A stretch of 63,930 bases of DNA, the filler included, from Chiloscyllium plagiosum (taxonomy: Eukaryota): the NCBI RefSeq assembly GCF_004010195.1. It is 4 parts of one record of this genome, joined end to end, with 100 filler letters (N's around TTAATTAATTAA, not from the genome) between each part and the next. Parts side by side here need not be neighbours in the genome. Positions count along the whole stretch, not along the records: positions 28,760 to 54,438 come from NC_057711.1; 3 more parts are not named here. One strand, 5' to 3'. The notes below the pieces were generated by a model, which saw only the letters and a program-made list of their open reading frames with translations, searched no databases and was not told the origin of the DNA. The stretch's first letter is position 1; each line of letters opens with the position of its first letter. The position numbers and the translations under genes were made by a program. Of this stretch, positions 40,428 to 51,762 are shown one piece after another.

Positions 40428-40735
40428 GGTGGCACAGTGGTTAGCACTGCTGCCTCACAGCGCCTATAGACCCGGGTTCAGTTCCCGCCTCAGGCGATTG
40501 ACTGTGTGGAGTTTGCACATTCTCCCCGTATCTGCGTGGGTTTCCTCCAGATGCTCCGGTTTCCTCCCACAGTCCAAAGATGTGCAGGTCAGGTGAATTG
40601 GCCATGCTAAATTGTCCATAGTGTTAGGTAAGGGGTAAATGTAGGTTATGGGTAGGTTGCGCTTCGGCGGGTCGGTGTGGACTTTTGGGCTGAAGGGCCT
40701 GTTACCACACTGTAAAGTAATCTAATCTAATCTAA
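40428..40735 (+). mobile_element. HE1-type V-SINE
   Basis: A and B boxes, central domain, CR1-like tail, (taatc)n end. Confidence 0.9.
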
Positions 40736-41239
40736 ACTCTCAACACAAACCTAACTGTTGAATCACAATGCCTGTACACTGTTCACTTCAGAATAACTAA
40801 TGACCTGAGAAATTTAGCCTCAGATGGAACACTCAAGTTCTTTGAATATATGTTGAAGAAAGGATGTTTCAAATTTATATCTCATAATTTAAACAGGTCA
40901 TCTGTCATTCACAAAACCATGTTTGCTCACACACATTTCTGCTATTTGATGGTGCGTTAGGTTGGTAAGCCACAGGCATAAATTGCTGTACAGATTACAT
41001 TATGGTGACAACAACAGAGATTCAGCTCCAACAAAGTGAAGCATCAGCACTGAATATTCATGAAAGACAGAAAGGACAAAAGGAGAGTGTTGGCAATATT
41101 GATCAAAGATATATTAAGCACCGGAAAGGGATGATGTACTTGTGGGTTCAAAGACAGAATCTATTTGGTTAGAACTGAAGTATCATAGAGGCGAGATTGT
41201 CCTACTGCTACATACCAAATACTGGACTAAGCACTGAGA

Positions 41240-41502
41240 AAGTAGCAATGTCACTGGATCATAACTCTAGGTTAACATTCTGGGGAACATGGGTTTCAAT
41301 CCCACTATAGAAGATAGTGAAATTTAACTTCAATAAAAAATGAAATTAAAATGAATTGTCAAAACTATTAGTGAACTGCTACATGTGGCTTTTAAATGCA
41401 TTCTGAAATGGCGTGGCAAGCTATTCAATTGAATCACAATTAGGAATGGGAAAGAAATGCTGGTCTGACCAGTGACATCCATAGTCCATGAAAGAATAAA
41501 AA
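41240..41502 (+). mobile_element. Old tRNA-derived SINE sharing its 3' tail with LINE family B
   Basis: B-box-like gggtttcaatccc; tail caattaggaatgggaaagaaatgctgg matches the reverse complement of 50790-50850. Confidence 0.55.
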
Positions 41503-41717
41503 ATAGAGGGACAGATTTTCAGAAAAATTGCAAAAAGATGCAAGTACTTGTTATGATCCCAGCTGATGGTACTACTAGACAAATCAAACCAGAATGAAAC
41601 TGGTTTTGAAGGATCATTTATTTATTTTTTGCAGTTCATTAACTTGGTGATTAGTCAGTGAAACATGTATGAGGAACTTTTGCAGTGATGTCTGGAACTG
41701 AAAGGACTGACCTCCAA

Positions 41718-42625
41718 CAATTGGAGATGTAGTGGACAGCGAAGAAGAATACCTCAGAGTACAATGGGATCTTGATCAGATAGGCCAATGGACTGAGGAG
41801 TGGCAGATGGAGTTTAATTTAGATAAATGCGAGATGCTGCATTTTGGAAAAGCAAATCATAGCAGGACTTATACACAATATGGTAAGTTCCTAGGGAATA
41901 TTGCTAAACAAAGAAACGTGGGTGTGCAGGTTCATCGTTCCTTGAAAGTCGAGCTGCGGATAGATAGGATAGTGAAGAAGGCATTTGGTATGCTTTCCTT
42001 TATTGATCAGAGTATTGAGTATAGGAGTTGGGAGGTCATGTTGTGGCTGTACAGGACATTGATTAGGCCACTTTTGGAATATTGTGTGCAATTCTGGTCT
42101 CCGTTCTATCGGAAGGATGTTGTAAAACTTGAAAGGGTTCAGAAAAGATTTACAAGGACGTTGCCAGGGTTGGAGGATTTGAGGCACAGGGGGAGGCTGA
42201 ATAGGCTGGGGTTGTTTTTCCTGGAGCATCAGAGGCTGAGGGGTGATCTTATAGAGTTTTATAAAATCATGAGGGGCATGAATGGATAAATAGACAAAGT
42301 ATTTTCCCTGGAGTGGGGAAGTCCAGAGCTAGAGGGTATAGATTTAGGGTGAGAGGGGAAAGATATAAAAAGGACCTAAGGGGCAACTTTTTCACTCAAA
42401 CGATGGTGCGTGTATGAAATGAGCTGCCAGAGGAAGTGGTAGTAGCTGGTACAATTGCAGCATCTAAAAGGCATTTAGATGTGTATATGAATAGGGAGGA
42501 TTTAGAGGTATGTGGGCCAAGTACTGGCAAATGGGATTAGATTAGGTTAGGATATCTAGTCAGCATGGAAGAGTTGGACCAAAGGGTCAGTTTCCATGCT
42601 GTACATCTCTATGACTCTATGACAC
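41718..42625 (+). mobile_element. 5'-truncated CR1 LINE
   Basis: ORF 41732-42289 WQMEFNLDKC...LYRTLIRPLLEYCVQFWSP; ctatgact tail. Confidence 0.92.
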
Positions 42626-43610
42626 TATAATTGCAACCAACTTCCTTTATAATAGGTATGACTCCAACAAGCAGAGAGCTTTCCCCCAACTCCTGTCAAC
42701 CTCTAGTTTTGCTCGGATTGCTTGATGCATATTCAGTCAAACATAGCTTTGATGTGAAGATAGCCACTGACACTTCACTTCTGTAATTCAGTTCTTTTGT
42801 TTGTCTTTGAACCAAGCTGTAGTGAGATCAGAAGCTAGCACGTCCTGGTTGAACACAAACTAAGCATCGGTAAGATAGTTTTTGCTAAGCCAGAGCTTGA
42901 TAGCACTGTTGATGACACCATACTGATGATCAAAAGGAGCAATAGTAACTGGCTGGTGTGGAATGGTGTACCAGACATAGCTGGGCAATTTTCCACATTG
43001 CTAGTGTTGTAACTGTCCTGGAGTAGTTTGTCAAAGAGCAAGGCAAATTCTGGAGCAGAAATCTTCAGGCTAATTGCCAGAATGCTGTTAGAGTACATAG
43101 TTTGTGCAATATCCAGTGTCTCCAGCATTTTTTGATATCATACAGAATGAACTGAATTGGCTAAAAACTGACATCTGTGACTCTGACGACCTTGGGAGAA
43201 GGTCAAGATCTTTCACTCGGTACTTCTAGATTAATTTTGTTGTGAGTGCTTCAGCTTTATCTTTTCCATTGATGTTCTTGGCTCTCCATCATTGATGATA
43301 GGGATACTTGTGGAGCCTATTCTTGATTAGTTGTTCATTACAATCCACGATTTGATGTGGCAGGACTGCAGAGCATAGATCTAATCCTTTGGTTGTAGAA
43401 TAGTGTAGATTTGTTCATCATTTTTTTTCTTACACTGTTTGCCGCGCAAGTAGCCCTGTTTGATAATCTCACCAAATGACACTGGTGCTGCTCCTTGTAT
43501 CCCTCCTATGCTTTCCATTGAACCAGCTCCTGAATTGTTGTTAATGATAAAGTGAAGGAACAATGTTACAACTCATGGATGCACAATCTTGGTTGTTGGA
43601 TCAGTTTGAA

Positions 43611-43835
43611 ACTTTATTGCTGGAACAGCACAGCAGGTCAGGCAGCATCTAGGGAACAGAAGATTCGACGTTTCGGGCACATGCCCTTCTTCAGGAATGG
43701 CTCATTCCTGAAGAAGGGCACGTGCCCGAAATGTCGAATCTTCTGTTCCCTAGATGCTGCCTGACCTGCTGTGCTGTTCCAGCAATAAAGTTTCAGCTTT
43801 GATCTCCAGCGTCTGCAGACCTCACTTTCTCCTCC
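43611..43835 (+). mobile_element. Palindromic PLE-derived hammerhead mini-element (family A), 17-bp perfect TSD
   Basis: TSD tgttggatcagtttgaa at 43594-43610 and 43836-43852; ~93-bp inverted arms with a 3-nt spacer. Confidence 0.92.
43663..43698 (-). ncRNA. Minimal type-I hammerhead motif, intact
   Basis: Minus strand AUUC-CUGAAGA-A-GGGC AUGU GCCC-GAAA-CGUC-GAAU: 4-bp helix I, 4-bp helix II, ACGU palindrome, GUC cleavage triplet. Mirror copy on + at 43704-43739 has AUGU in place of ACGU. Confidence 0.82.
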
Positions 43836-44122
43836 TGTTGGATCAGTTTGAATTATATTCCATTTTGCACAGTGATGGTACTACACAATATGATGGAGGT
43901 TATCCTCAATGTGAAAATGACTTTGTCTCCTCAAGGACTAAGGCAATGGTCACTCTTACAGATGATTCTGTGGCAGACAGATTGGTGAGGATGAAGTCAG
44001 GTATCTTCTTCCCTCTTATTGTTTCTCTTATGACTCAGCACATATCGAGTCAAGCAGCTATGTTCTTTCAGACTTGGCTAGTTCGGCCAGTAGTGGTGCG
44101 GGTGAGCTTCTTTGGATGTTGC

Positions 44123-45000
44123 ATGGATGAAAATACAGGAGGTATGGTTAGTAAGTTTGTGGATGACACCAAAATTGGTGGTGCAGTGGGCAGTGAAGAA
44201 GGTTCAACAGAGTACAACAGGACCTTGATCAGATGGGCCAAGGAGTGGCAGAGGGAGTTAAACTTAGATAAATGTGAGGTGCTGCATTTTGTTAAGGCAA
44301 ATCAGGTCAGGACATATACATTTTATGTTAAGGTCTTGGGGAGTGTTATTTAACAAAGAAACCTTGGAGTGCAGGTTCATATTTCCTTGAAAATGGAATC
44401 ACAGGTAGATAGAATAGTGAAGAAGGCATTTGGTATGCTTGCCTTTATTGTTCAGTACATTGAGTGTAGGAGTAGGGTGGTCATGTTGTGGCTGTACAAA
44501 ACATTAGTTAGGCCACTTTTGGAATACTGCATTCAGTTCTGGTCTTCCAGCTATAGAAAGGATGTTGTGAAACTTGAAACAGTTCAGAAAAGATTTATAA
44601 AAGTGTTGCCAGGGTTGGAGGGTTTGAGCTATAGGGAGAGGTTGAATAGTTTGGGGCTGTTTTCTCTGGAGTGTCGGAGGCTGAGGGGTGCCCTTATAGA
44701 GGTTTTTAAATAATGGGAGACATGGATAGGGTGAACAGCCAAGGTCTTTTCTCCAGGTTATGGGAGTCCAAACCAAGAGGGTGTGTGTTTATGGTGAAAG
44801 GGGAAAAATTTAAAAGGGACCTAAGGGCAATTTTTTGATGTAGAGGGTGGTGCATAAACAGAAGCGAAGTGATGGAAGCTGATACAATTACAACATTTAA
44901 TCGGCATTTTGATGGGTGCACGAATAGGAAAGGTTTTGACGGATATAGGCCAAATGTTAGCAAATGGTACGAGACTAATTTAGGATATCTGTTGAGCATG
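44123..45000 (+). mobile_element. 5'-truncated CR1 LINE
   Basis: SKFVDDTKIGG; ORF 44369-44713. Confidence 0.9.
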
Positions 45001-45094
45001 GAGCATATAAGAACATAAGAACTAGGAGCAGGAGTAGGTCGCCTGGCCCTTCGAGCCTGCTCCCTTTAGCAATAGAGAACAAAATTCCATTTGG

Positions 45095-45368
45095 TTAGAT
45101 TCCACATGGAAACACACCATTCAGCCCAACAAGTCCGTGCCAACCCTCTGAAGAGTAACCCACCCAGACCCATTTCCCTCTGACTAACACAATGGGCTAT
45201 TTAGCATAGCCAATTCACCTGACCCACACATCTTTGGACTGTGGGAGGAAACCCACACAGACACAGGGAGAATGTACAAACTCCACACAATCACCCATGG
45301 TTGGAATTGAACCTAGGTCTCTGGAACTGTGAGGCCGCAGTGCAAACCACTGAGCCACTGTGTCACCC
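45095..45368 (-). mobile_element. HE1-type V-SINE (adjacent minus-strand CR1 piece to about 45620)
   Basis: Reverse complement of head and tail; WAKVWQMEYNVNKCEVIHFG in ORF 45215-45748. Confidence 0.8.
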
Positions 45369-48300
45369 AAATTTGCTTTTCTAATTACCTGTTGTACCTT
45401 CCAACCAACCATCTGTGATTCATGCACAAGGACACCCAGGTCCCTCTGCATAGTAGCATGCTGCAAACTTTTACCAATCAAATAATAATTTTTTTTACTG
45501 TTACTCCTACCAAAATGGATGACTTCACATTTATTGACATTGTATTCCATCTGCCAGACCTTTGCCCACTTACTCAAGTATTTATGTTCCTTTGCAACGT
45601 TTAACAGTCCTCTGCACACCTTGCTCTGCCATTCATCGTTTCCAAGGATGGTGATCATATTGTCTGAGATATTGTCTGTTAGGTCCGATTCTGTGAGTTT
45701 GACTGTGTCAGGCAAATGCTTGACTAATCTGTGAAACAGACCTCTCAATTTTAGCGGATTTTCAGGATGTGGGGCTGATCATTTAGAACTGCAATAGGAA
45801 GTTTCTTCACTCGGATTATTCTCTGTTCCAGAAGGTTGAGGAGTCTCAATTATTAAACACAACTAAAGCTGGAACACACAAATTTTTGGTTTGCTATGGA
45901 TATGGGGAGTGAGCAGCAAAATGGAGTTGAAGACCAAGCATCAGCCATGTTTGTGTTGAATGATGGGATGGTTTGATGGGATGGATGGTCTACACTTGCT
46001 CCTATCTCTTGCACACTTGTGATCTCATTATTGTCCCTAACCTCATTGCTCACATATATGATATCTTACACATAATAAATCACAAATGAATGTTCTTCAG
46101 AAACTAAGCAAAGGAACAAAATAGCTGCACCTATATCTTATAATGGACTCCAATGATTAGAAAAAGCATCTGCAACAATTTAGTTTTCTCTTATACTTTT
46201 CCTAGACATGACAACACAGAGCTGAATTATTATTATACAAATTGACAGACAAATGTGATTTTGTATGAGAAATGTATGAGCATAAAATCCACTTTTCATT
46301 ACCTGATTCTTTCTTCTTTCAGGTCCTTCATTATACATTCAAAGCATTACTCTAAAAAGAGAAAATGGAATAGGCATTATAACGTGCAAGAAAACAGTGC
46401 TGAAGTATTTGTCACCATCACCATCACCAGCCAAATGTGCCAAAGAAGTAAATGAGTTTGGTTTTCTCCTGAGGTCTCCACCATCAAAGAACATTGTCTA
46501 CAGCCTCTTGATTCACTACACAAGACATTAAGAAATGATTCAATGCATTGGATACTGTAATACTATTGGGGCTGAGAACATCCTGGCTATGCTGCTGCAG
46601 GATTGTGATTCAGAGGTAGGTGCACCTCTACCCAAGTGTTTTAGTACAGCTACAAATTCGCATCTAATTGAAAAAATGGAAAATTGTCCTACCTACAAAA
46701 AACAGGACATTTATCATCTTATCAACAGTAAGTCCTTATTTAAAGCTAAAAACCCAAAGAACTGTGGATGCTGGAAATCAGAAACAAAAACAAAAATTGC
46801 TGGAAAAACTCAGCATGTCTGGCAGAGGGAAAGCAGAATAAATGTTTAAGGTCCAGTGATCCTTCAGAACTGCCAGTTTTATATTGAATGGGCCTCCTCT
46901 GTACTTTGTGATTCTACGATCATATTCACAAACAATTATTTGTGAGTATAGCTTATGCACCACACTTTTTGGATATACATGCAGACATTCCAATCATGTC
47001 TTTGAATTCCCATACTGTTTAGTCCACTCCTACCCACAATGGAACACTGTCTTTCTTTACTACTACCCAGCAATTTTACTTTCTGCATTTTATTTCTTTT
47101 TTCTATTTCTACATTCTGAAGCTCAACTCCTGCAAATTTAGAATAAACCCCACCACACTCCACCCCTCCCCCCCAATATAATCTAGCGAGGACATTGGTC
47201 GCAGTTATATTGATCTGTGATCCATCCCATTTGGATAGGCCCCTCCTACCCTGGAACTGTTCCCAATGTCTCAAGAATCTGAAGCCTTTCCCCCTGAGTC
47301 TCAAACCTCACGTCTCAATTATCTCCACCCAGGACATGGCTGAAGATGTTTCTCAAGGCAGTATCTTTGCTCCAGTAATCTTCAGCTTTTTCATCAATGA
47401 CATCCACATCATTGCAAAGTCAGATGTGGCAATGTTCACCACAGTGCACTGTTCGTTCATAACAACTCAGATAATGAAACCACCTTTTCCCACAACTTGA
47501 CAACGTTCAGGCTTGCATTAATACCAGCAAGTAACATCTGAGTGCCACAAGTTGAAGGAAGTGCCTACATCCCAACAAGAAAGAGTTAAACCAACTCCAC
47601 TTGACATTCTTACCATTGTAGAATCTCTCTACTATTAACATCTGAGGTCACCGTTGACCAGAATCTTAACTAGACAAGCCAACTAATCCTGTGGCTATTA
47701 GAGCAGGTGAGAATTTGTGTACTGCAAAGTGACTCACCCCCGACTATCAAAGTTGCCATTATCTACAGGTGCACGAAGGAGTACATTGTAATACTTTCCA
47801 CTTGTGTAGATGAGTGCAGCTCTAACAATACTTGTGAAGCTGAGACCATTCAGGACAAAGTAACCTACTTGATTGTTACCAAATCTCCTACCTTAAATAT
47901 TCACTTCCTCCACCCCAGTCTCTAATACCACAAGATGCACTGCAACAAGTTGCCAAAGTTGCTTTTGCAGCACTTCCCTGACCTCATTATAATCATGCCA
48001 AACTCCTTCTGAACATCCAACTCACATTTAACTTGACCTGACCACACCCACAAAGCTCCCACCAACCTCCCATCACTCTCCTCAATTTTCTGCATGTTCT
48101 TGCTGCACCATTCAACTCCCCGAACCACCCAGACTCTATGACATCACCCCCTCAATCTAGCTTGATCCAACTTCACAACCAAAACCAACTTGACTCCTAA
48201 CTGTCTACCATCATAACACCCTACCATCTGGCACAGTTGGTACAGTAAATGGGAGCATGGCTTCTAAAAGGATTCTGTCTGAAGATTCCTGCAATGATTA

Positions 48301-49934
48301 CATTTGGGAGAATTCCACATTGAAAGACTGGGCAGAAAATTCAAAGGGAGGCAAATAGGCACTTTATTCCATCTAATCAGGTTTAGGAAAAGAGTTCTGG
48401 TACTGACTGGAAGATTTGGGCCAATTTCTGTAATTCTGGTTTACTCCAGAGGATTTAAATTTAGATTAGATTATTGCAGAATTACAAGTCACCGAGGCTG
48501 CAATGTTCTATTTTATTTTCCAGCCACATGAATAATCTTAAAATTATAGACATTTTCTAATCAAAGATGTTATTACATAGCTCTGAACCAGGTAGGACTT
48601 GAACCCAAGGCCCCTGGTTCAGAGGTAGGGACATTACCACTGTGCCACACAAACCCTCAATTTTCCATTTCGTAGTGCAGGTATGGAAGCGTATTCATTG
48701 GTGACTTGCCATCCCTATTGCTGAGAAAGTTTTCCAGAATCACAAACAACCCATCAGGGGCCTTGCTCGTGCAATCCCATATTAAAGCTGCCAGCCAATC
48801 AGACACCAGCAACTGTTGGGCAAGGTTTCATCTTAATGGACATTAATTGACTGCTAAAGGCCTGTAATTTCTGGTAAAAGTCCTCATTGAGCATTCTCGG
48901 CCAGTATGTAATTGGTGAGGTAGTCAGAAGGAGCCAATATCTTTCAAGCCCAATTAATTGCCCTTCTTGCCATCTCCAGGGAGTGAACCATTCTCGTGTG
49001 AGATCCCTGCGTTTTATATTAACAAAAGGTATTAACATAATGCTAAAGTAGTAGCATTTCTATAATCTGTTCCAATGTATGAATTACTGTACATTCACTC
49101 CTAAGGCTATAAGGTATTCTTGATTTACAGTTTAGAATCTGCATAACTTCAGGTCCACTACTGAACAACACTTGCTGGGTTTTTGTTTTGTCATTTTCTC
49201 CTGTTGACTTCATAAAGGCATAATGGTCACTTATTTTTATTTTCTTTCAGCTGGAATTAACTAACAGTTTGATTAGTTTTGGAGTATTTATTTCAGATTC
49301 ATAATAATAATGGCACGCTCAATTTAAAATGAACCTAAGTTCAAGTGGCTGATGCATAGAATGCATAGTCTTGGGGGTTGGGGGTGGTGTTAATTGAAAC
49401 AGGTAACCTCATAATCTTTAAAAAGTACTTGGATGAGCACTTGAAATGTAATAACATTTAAGGCTATGGACCAAGTGCTCCAAAATGGGACGAATGCAGT
49501 TTTCAAATAGTTTAGTTGGTGCATACACAATGGGCTGAAGGGTCTCTTTTGTACTGTATGACTCTATGATTCTCTGGCTGTTAGGATATATTCCTTGAGG
49601 TTAATTGGCACTGATTACACACACTTAAAGAATCTGAACAAGAATTAGAAAGTGATGAGGCACCATGCACTTTGCATACAGATCTGTTTGACAATTTACA
49701 AAGCCCAGATTAGGGTAAATGAAGAGCAGACTGAATATGGAAAAATTGAATTGAATAGGGGCACAGATAAAGGCTTTTTGTCTTTGATTTTGATTTGATT
49801 TGTTATTGTCACATGTACCAAGATACAATAAAAGTGCTCTACATGCAGATTGTAATGTACAAAGTGCACCAGATAGCAGCACAGAGTGCAGAATAGTGCC
49901 ACAGCTGCAGTGATGGTGCAGCGAGAGGGACCAG

Positions 49935-50520
49935 CGTTAACCATACCTGGAAGTTGGGCACCAAAGTAACATATATGCCAGAAGGGACCAATGAATGGAG
50001 GAATACTCCCATTACAGCAGGGAAAACCAATGACAAATACAAACATTGGTGAACCATGCAACAAGAGGTAAGATCCGATGACTGACAAAATGAGGCAAAG
50101 ATAAGGAAGTCAGAAAACACATCACAAGCTCTGAAAGTGGACCTGGAAGCAAATAAGGCCTTAGGAAAAGGTTGCAAGTTCATGAAAGAAATTTTTATTT
50201 TAGGGGGGAAATATTCCTGTAGTCCTGAAGAACACAGGAGGATGAATAGAGATCATAGTTTGAAAGGAGCCAGAATTATGGAATAGATTGGGAATGTAAC
50301 GATATGATTGAAATATTTTTGAGGCTACAAACAACTTGGAAGGTAAATTGACAAAGGATGCCAAGTGAAAAGAGTTGGAAAGCTGGAAAAACAGTTGTTG
50401 CATACACTGAAGTACCGGCTAAGGGGCAATCAGTCTTATCATACAAGTGGATATACACAGAAAGTGTGCTCCCTGATGGAGCATGCGGGCTAAAGCCAAA
50501 TTAGAGTCTCAAAGTTTCAA
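49935..50520 (+). mobile_element. Degenerate Ty1/Copia (GalEa-like) pol remnant
   Basis: KLGTKVTYMPEGTNEW...AGKTNDKYKHW*, then DAK*KELESWK / YTEVPAKGQSVLSYKWIYTE / AKAKL, resembling the Copia RT N-terminus. Clade assignment from recall. Confidence 0.62.
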
Positions 50521-51115
50521 AAATAAAATTGGTGAATTGAGATAAAAACTCATCTGGTTCACTGTTTTGCCAATTAGGGAAGGATTTCTTTTAACATTCA
50601 CTTGTGCATAGGTCGCACATGATAGCATGGTTGATGATACCTTTCCTCACTTTGCTAGTGACTGATAGTAGTCTCTTGGGGTAGTATTTGGCTGTTTTGG
50701 ATTTGACAGGGTCTTTTTGTAGCCAGAATATACCAGTAGCATCACTTCTGACTGAGCTGGTCAAGTTTTAAAGGACTTTTATTTTGATTCACTAGTGGCA
50801 TGTGGGTGCTGCTAGCTGGCCAGCATTTATTGCCCATCCCTAGTTGCCCTTGAGAAGGTGGTGCATGTGCTCTAATTTGGCCCACAATGCCATGAGGAAG
50901 GGAGTTTAATTATTTTGACCCAGCAACAGCAAAGGGACAGCGAGATATTTCCAAGTCAGGATGGTGAATAGCTTGGAAGAGAGCTTGCAGGTGGTGTTGT
51001 TCCCATATATCTGCTGCCCTTTTCCTTCTTGGTGGTGGTGGTGGGTTTAAGAGGTGCTGTCTAAGGATCTTTGGCAAATTTCTGCAGTGCCTCTTGTAGA
51101 TAGTACGTAGTGCTA

Positions 51116-51762
51116 TTTTAGGGTGTAGGTTTGCTTGCTGAGCTGTAGGTTTGATATCCAGACATTTCATTACCTGGCTAGGTAACATCATCAGTGGCGA
51201 CCTCCAAATGAAGCAAAGCTGTTGTCTCCTGCTTTCTATTTATATGTTTGTCTGGGATGGGGTTCCTGGGGTTTGTGGTGATGTCATTTCCTGTTCATTT
51301 TCTGAGAGGTTGATAAATGGTATCTAGATCTATGTGTTTGTTTATGGCATTGTGGTTGGAGTGCCAGGCCTCTAGGAATTCTCTGGAATGTCTTTGCTTA
51401 GCCTGTCCCAGGATAGACACATCTATCCTGGGACAGGCTAAGCAAAGACATGCCAGAGAATTCCTAGAGGCCTGGCACTCCAACCACAACGCCATAAACA
51501 AACACATAAATCTAGATACCATCTATCAACCTCTCAGAAAACGAACAGGAAATTACATCACCACAAACCCCAGGAACCCCATCCAGGACAAACATATAAA
51601 TAGAAAGCAGGAGACAACAGTTTCGCTTCACTTGGAGGTCGCCACTGATGATGTTACCTAGCCAGGTAATGAAATGTCTGGATATCAAACCTACAGCTCA
51701 GCTAGCAAACCTACACCCTAAACCTCAACCTGAGCTACAAACTTTCACAAACCTTGCAAAAA
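51116..51762 (+). mobile_element. PLE 3'-end insertion with inverted duplication (arms 51117-51417 / 51422-51722)
   Basis: Right arm encodes SILGQAKQRHAREFLEAWHS; TSD tagtgcta at 51108-51115 and 51763-51770. Confidence 0.92.
51642..51681 (+). ncRNA. Minimal type-I hammerhead motif (family B); mirror copy on - at 51158-51197
   Basis: CCA-CUGAUGA-U-GUUACCU AGCC AGGUAAU-GAAA-UGUC-UGG. Confidence 0.78.

Larger units (their letters stand above)
42630..44120 (-). mobile_element. Degenerate CR1/L2-group LINE (family B)
   Basis: Homologous to 52540-53900 (ctgggcaattttccacatt, gatagcactg...gatgacacc). Confidence 0.72.

Noticed and set aside
30793..43835. Palindromic short repeats as MITEs or DNA transposons
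   Set aside because: TSDs are long and variable (13-18 bp), arms are asymmetric with variable breakpoints, and the sequence is the 3' end of a GIY-YIG PLE.
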